In this document: in pieces, positions 16,681 to 17,230 of the stretch
Layout: each line of letters begins with the position of its first letter
Numbering within the stretch: position 1 is the stretch's first letter
Source of the DNA: Promethearchaeota archaeon
GTDB taxonomy: Archaea > Asgardarchaeota > Lokiarchaeia > Sigyniarchaeales > SOKP01
Length of the DNA: 17,230 nucleotides
Direction: 5' to 3'
Assembly: GCA_019058245.1 (NCBI GenBank)
Contig: JAHPZJ010000021.1
Span: 1 to 17,230, forward strand
The notes under the pieces: generated by a model
Told to the model about the DNA's origin: nothing
What the model saw: the letters and a program-made list of their open reading frames with translations, nothing else
Databases searched by the model: none
Position numbers and translations under genes: made by a program

Positions 16681-16990
16681 TCATAAAGTTTTTACAGATC
16701 TTAACTTTTCTGATTCTATAGCTAATTTCTTTTTCTTTCTACGAGCCATTTCAACGAACACCTCGATATGAGTAATCATTCCCGTTCTCCACTATGTTCT
16801 CGATAGCGTTCACGAAATCTCCCAAGGTAGTTTTGAAGGGAAAACAGACGAACTCAGGGCTGTGTTTCACGCCAATCTTCAAATTGTCACGATTCGTGGG
16901 ATCTGACAGAATCACCTCGGCACCCATACACTCGAAGAAAGTCTTGAACGTCGACTACGAATTGCCCATATTTGGAAAAGAAACTTTCAT
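16681..16990 (-). pseudogene. Internally deleted pseudogene of a COG3581/PlsR-like gene (homolog of 2805..3992)
   Basis: From ATG 16990 it reads MKVSFPNMGNS*STFKTFFECMGAEVILSDPTNRDNLKIGVKHSPEFVCFPFKTTLGDFVNAIEN (43/63 identical to 2805..3992 by hand alignment, TAG at 16955-16957). It then shifts frame into EHSG-(1-nt loss)-TGMITHIEVFVEMARRKKK..KTL*, the family C-terminal motif. GAGG RBS upstream. Confidence 0.88.
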
Positions 16991-17004
16991 AACAAAATAG
17001 CCTC

Positions 17005-17229
17005 TCAAAGGTTAAAAAGAGATCCGATATCAAAAAACGAATTTCTTGAAAAAAACTCGAGTCCATTCTTAATGGTGAATCCAACATCTAATTTCTTTGA
17101 TGGATTCAGCATTGTTAAAACTATTGATATTGGTTTTTCAATACTAGACACGAAATATTCAAAATTGGATTTCGACTTAAAATATATATTTTTTATTTCA
17201 TCCGGGACCACATACTTGACATCTCTAAA
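17005..17229 (-). CDS. 3' end of an unidentified gene entering from beyond the window
   Basis: The frame is open to the window edge (FRDVKYVVPDEIKNIYF...DIGSLFNL*). Its stop is 14 nt upstream of the pseudogene ATG, which suggests an operon. Confidence 0.55.
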   Translation of the reverse strand, partial: FRDVKYVVPDEIKNIYFKSKSNFEYFVSSIEKPISIVLTMLNPSKKLDVGFTIKNGLEFFSRNSFFDIGSLFNL

Positions 17230-17230
17230 C

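Noticed and set aside
16955-16957. In-frame TAG as pyrrolysine or readthrough
   Set aside because: The same gene also has a large internal deletion and a frameshift, so a nonsense mutation is the simpler explanation.
16790-16990. Diversity-generating retroelement template repeat for the 2805..3992 gene
   Set aside because: Differences are not adenine-specific, they are mostly synonymous or conservative, and there is no reverse transcriptase in the window.
16794-17087. ORFs 16794..17000(+) and 16887..17087(-)
   Set aside because: They are antisense or out-of-frame readings of the pseudogene and its upstream gene.

Overview
AT-rich, gene-dense archaeal window, most likely from an Asgard (Lokiarchaeia-like) genome. 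This is an inference from the roadblock/longin/V4R genes, GGTGA/GAGG ribosome-binding sites, T-tract terminators and frequent TTG starts. Contents in order: (1) a membrane protein with two DUF4405-like bis-His repeats and a C-terminal soluble region; (2) a minus-strand operon of a COG3581/PlsR-like Fe-S protein, a single-domain BcrAD/BadFG (HgdC-type) activase and a 64-aa ORF; (3) two hypothetical genes; (4) a four-gene cluster of roadblock, V4R/Bet3-like, longin-roadblock fusion and a roadblock-like protein with an Arf6-like N-terminus, followed by a coiled-coil protein; (5) pepD, a metallophosphoesterase and trmO; (6) a two-gene operon with the domain layout of bacterial plasmalogen/ether-lipid synthase PlsA/PlsR (Ger); (7) a GC-richer, internally deleted pseudogene of the same family that the ORF track misses, a perfect 14-bp palindrome, and the 3' end of an unknown gene. 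Two genes have conserved coding sequence upstream of their first canonical start codon, which points to ATA/ATT initiation or 1-nt indels. No rRNA, tRNA, CRISPR array or transposase was seen. All family assignments come from motif recognition by eye, not database searches.
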